Below, piece by piece: positions 60,085 through 64,000 of a stretch of DNA of 64,000 nt. This DNA comes from an uncultured Cytophagales bacterium (GTDB taxonomy: Bacteria > Bacteroidota > Bacteroidia > Cytophagales > Hymenobacteraceae): the NCBI GenBank assembly GCA_963751205.1, contig CAVVTI010000001.1:2055233-2119232 (forward strand), read 5' to 3'. Made by a program: the position numbers and the translations under genes. The notes under the pieces were generated by a model. It was not told where the DNA came from and made no database searches. It saw only the letters and a program-made list of their open reading frames with translations. Numbering within the stretch: the stretch's first letter is position 1; every line of letters starts with the position of its first letter.

Positions 60085-61068
60085 TTAAATAATAGTGTAG
60101 TTCTTTTCAATACCTTCGGCCATGTTGGAAACTACGCCCATGCTGGAGAATTTATCAATGCGTTGGGAGATTCTTTCTTCCGGGTCCATAGCCTGCAATT
60201 CGGCCAGGGTATCCAGGATCTTTTTCTTTAAAGTCTGAATCATTTTCTCAGGACTGGTATGTGCTCCGCCCAGTGGTTCTTTTATAATGCCATCTATTAA
60301 TTTATATTTCAGCATGTCCGGAGCAGTAAGTTTCAGGGCTTCGGCAGCCTGTTCTTTATAATCCCAGCTGCGCCATAAAATAGAAGAACAGCTTTCAGGA
60401 GAAATAACCGAATACCAGGTATTTTCCAGCATAAAAACACGGTCGCCAATGGCAATACCCAAAGCTCCGCCGGAAGCACCTTCCCCGATCACGATACAAA
60501 TTACCGGTACTTTCAGGCTGAACATTTCTTTCAGGTTGCGGGCAATTGCTTCACCCTGCCCCCGCTCTTCGGCTTCCAGCCCCGGGAAAGCACCGGGAGT
60601 ATCGATCAGGGTAATAATGGGTTTGTTGAATTTTTCGGCCATCCGCATCAGGCGAAGCGCTTTCCGGTAACCTTCCGGATTAGCCATTCCGAAATTACGC
60701 ATTTGCCGTTGTTTGGTATTACGGCCTTTTTGCTGCCCTATAAACATTACGGTCTGCCCGTCTATATCGCCAAAACCCCCAACCATGGCTTTGTCATCGC
60801 TAACGTTGCGGTCGCCGTGAAGCTCAATAAAATTAGTTGTCAGCCCCTGAATATAATCTAAGGTATAGGGCCGTTCAGCATGGCGCGAAAGCTGGACCCG
60901 TTGCCAGCGGGTAAGATTGGCGTAAGTTTCTTTTTTGAGGGCTTTTATTTTTTCTTCCAGCGCTTTTACGGCTTCCGAAACATCTACCTGGCTTTCTTCG
61001 GCCAGCTTTTTCATTTCCTTCAGTTTGCCTTCCAGCGCGGCGATGGGTTGTTCAAAATCTAAAAGCAT
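60085..61068 (-). CDS. accA: acetyl-CoA carboxylase carboxyltransferase alpha
   Basis: [44 protein letters not shown]. Confidence 0.97.
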   Translation of the reverse strand: MLLDFEQPIAALEGKLKEMKKLAEESQVDVSEAVKALEEKIKALKKETYANLTRWQRVQLSRHAERPYTLDYIQGLTTNFIELHGDRNVSDDKAMVGGFGDIDGQTVMFIGQQKGRNTKQRQMRNFGMANPEGYRKALRLMRMAEKFNKPIITLIDTPGAFPGLEAEERGQGEAIARNLKEMFSLKVPVICIVIGEGASGGALGIAIGDRVFMLENTWYSVISPESCSSILWRSWDYKEQAAEALKLTAPDMLKYKLIDGIIKEPLGGAHTSPEKMIQTLKKKILDTLAELQAMDPEERISQRIDKFSSMGVVSNMAEGIEKNYTII

Positions 61069-61225
61069 ATTCGTTTCTCCTTTTATATCTTACAAAAGTA
61101 AAAGATTCCGCGATGCGAACAGTATTTTCGGTCAAGTTTCGTAACAGGAAAAAATTAATCTGGCTGTAAATGAATAATTTAAAAAATTGTGGCCGGAAAT
61201 AATTGCGTCGTTAAATTCAGGCTTC

Positions 61226-61233
61226 TACATTTG
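61226..61233 (+). promoter_or_regulatory. -7 element for tRNA-Asp
   Basis: TACATTTG 38 nt upstream of the tRNA. Confidence 0.65.
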
Positions 61234-61271
61234 CATCACTTTAACCGGAAGATCTTTCCGGAAAAGGAATT

Positions 61272-61345
61272 GGTCCGGTAGTTCAGTTGGTTAGAATGCC
61301 GCCCTGTCACGGCGGAGGTCGCGGGTTCGAGTCCCGTCCGGACCG
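61272..61345 (+). tRNA. tRNA-Asp (GTC); CCA not encoded
   Basis: acceptor GGTCCGG/CCGGACC, D-arm GTTCAGTTGGTTAGAAT, anticodon arm CCGCC-CTGTCAC-GGCGG, T-loop GGTTCGAGTCC. Confidence 0.97.
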
Positions 61346-61346
61346 C

Positions 61347-61383
61347 AAAAAAGCCCTTCAGTAATTTGCTGAAGGGCTTTTTT
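61347..61383. terminator. bidirectional terminator after tRNA-Asp
   Basis: aaaaaagcccttcag...ctgaagggctttttt. Confidence 0.85.
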
Positions 61384-61437
61384 ATTTATACTTCCGCAAG
61401 ATTTAAAATCTGGAAACTTTCCGCTTTTTCCTCATTA

Positions 61438-62025
61438 TTAAATAAAGAAACAAAATGCAGCTCCGGAAGCAATACCAATTAAAAAGCCGGTTACAATTTC
61501 CGGAAAGGTATGGCGCTTTAATAGCAGCCGCGTACAGGCTACAATAATCGCGAAAACGCATAAAGCCATGCCTAGCGGAAAATGCCAGGAAAGGAAAACT
61601 ATCCCAAAGTAAAAATTGAAAGCGGTATGAAGCGAAGATTTTAAGAAAAAGTTTGCCAGGTAAGAAAGGGTAACCAACCCGGTGGCTAAGATTGTACCCA
61701 GCGCCAAAATCCGTAACGGTTCCCAAAAGTAGAATAGCGAACTCAAAGCAATCATTAACGGAATGGCCAGGTGGTAAAACTTTTCGCGGCCTTTTTGTTC
61801 AGAAATATCAAAGTCCTGGTATACTTCTTTTCGGATTTTATGCCGGATAAATAAAACCACCGGAAAAATAAAGATTACCAAAAACAGCAGGAGGCTGGTT
61901 AAAGCAAACTTAATTTCCAGGGTCCGGAAGGAAATAAATAAAATTACCGCAGTTGAAATAATAAAAGGATGGCCCAGTGCCGAAATCCAACTTGCCAAAT
62001 AAATTATGGTACGGTTATTTTTCAT
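61438..62025 (-). CDS. PAP2-like membrane protein
   Basis: start MKNNRTII at 62025 (TAATG overlap); KSSLH and TRLLLKRHT..E...G motifs. Confidence 0.7.
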   Translation of the reverse strand: MKNNRTIIYLASWISALGHPFIISTAVILFISFRTLEIKFALTSLLLFLVIFIFPVVLFIRHKIRKEVYQDFDISEQKGREKFYHLAIPLMIALSSLFYFWEPLRILALGTILATGLVTLSYLANFFLKSSLHTAFNFYFGIVFLSWHFPLGMALCVFAIIVACTRLLLKRHTFPEIVTGFLIGIASGAAFCFFI

Positions 62026-62804
62026 TAGAAAGGAGGTAAACCTGCCAACGCCTTCACCAATAAGTAAGTGGTAACACCCGCATAAATCAAAGAAAAAAGC
62101 ATCAGGTACCTCATTGAGGCAAATTCTGAGAATCTTCCGGATAAAACCCACCCTACCAAAGGGATTACCTGCAACGCGTGGATTCCCATAAAATGGGCGA
62201 TGCGGAGGTCGCCAAACCTGGTACTCCAATTCGTGAAAGGCAACCCAAGGCTTCCATCCGGAGCGCCGACCGTATGACTTAACCGGCTGGCCATCATCCC
62301 GCCTTCCAGGCTGAAGATTACAAAAAGAATGATCCCGATTCTAATTCCCCAAATGTAAGCTAAAGGTATCCGGAAGGTTTTCTGCTGAAAGAAAAGAAAC
62401 ACCATATAAACCGTCCAGGCCATTAACGTAACTATAAATAAGCCCATTAAGGAAAAAAGGAAAGCATCTAAAGGGTGAGAAATGTTAAAATGCGATAGTT
62501 TGCCCCGAAATGCCTGAACAGTAATTACAGTTTGCTCAAAACCCGCCACTATAATGGCCACCCAGGAATATACTTTTACTTTCCGCTGTTTTTGCAAATG
62601 TTGCAGCAACAAAGCCATGGTCCAGGAAAAGATCCAGAAGCTTGCCGCAAACTTCATAGGTTTGATCAGAGAATTCAACCCCAGTACCACCTTTTCATTA
62701 AAAGGGAAATAGGCCGCCAGCAAAATTACCAGAAGTACATGTGCGGTTCCCAGCCAGAATAACTCAAGATTGGCTTTTCGCACCTTTCGGAGAAATAATA
62801 TCAT
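62025..62804 (-). CDS. conserved hypothetical membrane protein
   Basis: KPMKF, RG..SHFN, HTVGAPDG..GLP...WST..GDLRIAHF.G.HALQ. Confidence 0.75.
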   Translation of the reverse strand: MILFLRKVRKANLELFWLGTAHVLLVILLAAYFPFNEKVVLGLNSLIKPMKFAASFWIFSWTMALLLQHLQKQRKVKVYSWVAIIVAGFEQTVITVQAFRGKLSHFNISHPLDAFLFSLMGLFIVTLMAWTVYMVFLFFQQKTFRIPLAYIWGIRIGIILFVIFSLEGGMMASRLSHTVGAPDGSLGLPFTNWSTRFGDLRIAHFMGIHALQVIPLVGWVLSGRFSEFASMRYLMLFSLIYAGVTTYLLVKALAGLPPF

Positions 62805-63241
62805 CAGGAATCTATATGAATGAATTGGCTGGTTTTTATTCCCCGGATCAGGATGTAAGACAAAAGCCCCAAGGGACCTAACAAAAATGTCAGCAGTAAA
62901 CTTGGAATAATTATTAACCGGTTAAAACCAAGTTTAAGGCTATCTCTGGTTATAAATAAGCCTACCATCAGGTCGAAGGCCAGGTAATGTACCCAGCCAG
63001 CCAGTAGGGCCTCATCGTTCTGAAAGAAAATCTTTACCTGGCTTAGACTGCCGAACCCTGCCCCATCGGAGAAAAGGCCAACGGTCCGGAAAAATAAGAA
63101 ACCGTAAAGCAGCGTAAATAAAAAAATGATCAGGTAAAAGATTATTCGCCGGCTCCATTCCCGGCCCGGAAAAAAGATAAGCAATAACCAACCGGCCATT
63201 GCAAACATATTGGAGAACTGAAACAAAAGGCCTGTATCCAT
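62804..63241 (-). CDS. DUF4281 / ABA4-like membrane protein
   Basis: GFGSL..V...F, AGWVHYLAFDL.VG, LLTFLLGPLGLL.Y. Confidence 0.85.
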   Translation of the reverse strand: MDTGLLFQFSNMFAMAGWLLLIFFPGREWSRRIIFYLIIFLFTLLYGFLFFRTVGLFSDGAGFGSLSQVKIFFQNDEALLAGWVHYLAFDLMVGLFITRDSLKLGFNRLIIIPSLLLTFLLGPLGLLSYILIRGIKTSQFIHIDS

Positions 63242-63245
63242 TTTA

Positions 63246-63288
63246 CAAAGGTATTGGCGGCCCGGAAATTACTACGTGACTTAAGTTA
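63246..63288 (-). promoter_or_regulatory. DUF4281 operon promoter with candidate Crp/Fnr site
   Basis: TACCTTTG at 63246-53 (minus); near-palindrome TGACTTAAGTTA at 63277-88. Confidence 0.5.
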
Positions 63289-63879
63289 ATTTCGCTTTAA
63301 GGAAGTTCGTTTTCTGATCCGGCTCAGGCTTTCTCTTTTTACTCCCAGGTAAGATGCAATTTGAAACAAAGGCACGCGCTCAAAAATTGCCGGATGGCTT
63401 TCCAGCAGATCAAGGTACCGTTGTTCAGGCGTATTTCGAAAGTAATTGTTAAAACGGTTTTGGGTTCGCTGAAAAACTTCTTCCGCCATTAACCGCGCAA
63501 ACCGCTCCCAGTTCCGGGAATGGTAGATTGCCTGCTGAAAGGGCTCAAATCCGATCAAAATTATTTCAGCGTTCTCTAAAGCGGCAATGCTTGAATCGCC
63601 CGGCCTTTGTTGCAGAAATGCTTTGTAATCTATTGCAAAATCATTTTCAAAAATGAACCGGGTATTTATTTCTTCTCCCTGTTCGTTAACATAAAAACAA
63701 CGCAAAAGGCCACTATTCACAAAGGCAATATCCGGTTGTTTATCGCCAACCCGGTAAAGGGTTTCGCCAGCGGCCAGTTTTTTTAATTTTAAATGCGGAA
63801 TAAAAAGATCCAGGTCTGCCGCCGTTACTTCCGGGCAAATGGTTTGTACCGCCTTGCTCAATAGACTAAAATCTGACAT
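63286..63879 (-). CDS. Crp/Fnr family transcriptional regulator
   Basis: cNMP-binding beta-roll (FVNSGLLR, IAALE); HTH IASYLGVKRESLSRIR. Confidence 0.92.
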   Translation of the reverse strand: MSDFSLLSKAVQTICPEVTAADLDLFIPHLKLKKLAAGETLYRVGDKQPDIAFVNSGLLRCFYVNEQGEEINTRFIFENDFAIDYKAFLQQRPGDSSIAALENAEIILIGFEPFQQAIYHSRNWERFARLMAEEVFQRTQNRFNNYFRNTPEQRYLDLLESHPAIFERVPLFQIASYLGVKRESLSRIRKRTSLKRN

Positions 63880-64000
63880 CTGCTTAAACCTAACCCTTTC
63901 CGCTATAATAAATAATTTGAACAGGTTTATTTTGGAAAGGAAATCTGCCTGGTAATTTAAGAAATCTTAGTTTAACAAATTTAACATTTCTTTAATCTTA

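Noticed and set aside
62026-62229. 68-aa N-terminal extension of the PAP2-like ORF
   Set aside because: Overlaps the upstream gene; ATG at 62025 gives a standard TAATG coupling.
61272-64000. tRNA-Asp as integration site of a genomic island
   Set aside because: No integrase and no duplicated tRNA 3' end within the window; cannot be excluded beyond the edge.

Overview
A 64-kb, mostly core-genome window from a Bacteroidota chromosome; the gene set and TAnnTTTG promoters suggest Cytophagales, probably Adhaeribacter/Pontibacter-like. It carries treY-malQ, ispG, type III glnA, mtaB, hutG, miaE, lpxK, mscS, nif3, pabB, the miaB-(sigma54 activator)-lptE-secG-groES-groEL cluster, pckA, rsmE, higBA, smc, hutU, accA, tRNA-Asp and a Crp/Fnr-DUF4281 unit. 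Eight highly conserved genes are split by small indels, which look like assembly or polishing errors rather than pseudogenes. I saw no CRISPR array, integrase, transposase or rRNA. Most notable: (1) an AT-rich solo Cas4-like Fe-S nuclease with long extensions between smc and an acyltransferase; (2) several families of inverted short-period repeat arms that bracket intergenic regions from stop codon to start codon, plus REP/BIME-like mosaics; (3) a candidate sigma54 circuit, with a TG(C/A)CA-N3-(T/C)GGCA site shared by the miaB operon and groESL promoters; (4) an unexplained intergenic 9-mer, TACCGTTTT. All calls come from reading the sequence; no database searches were run.
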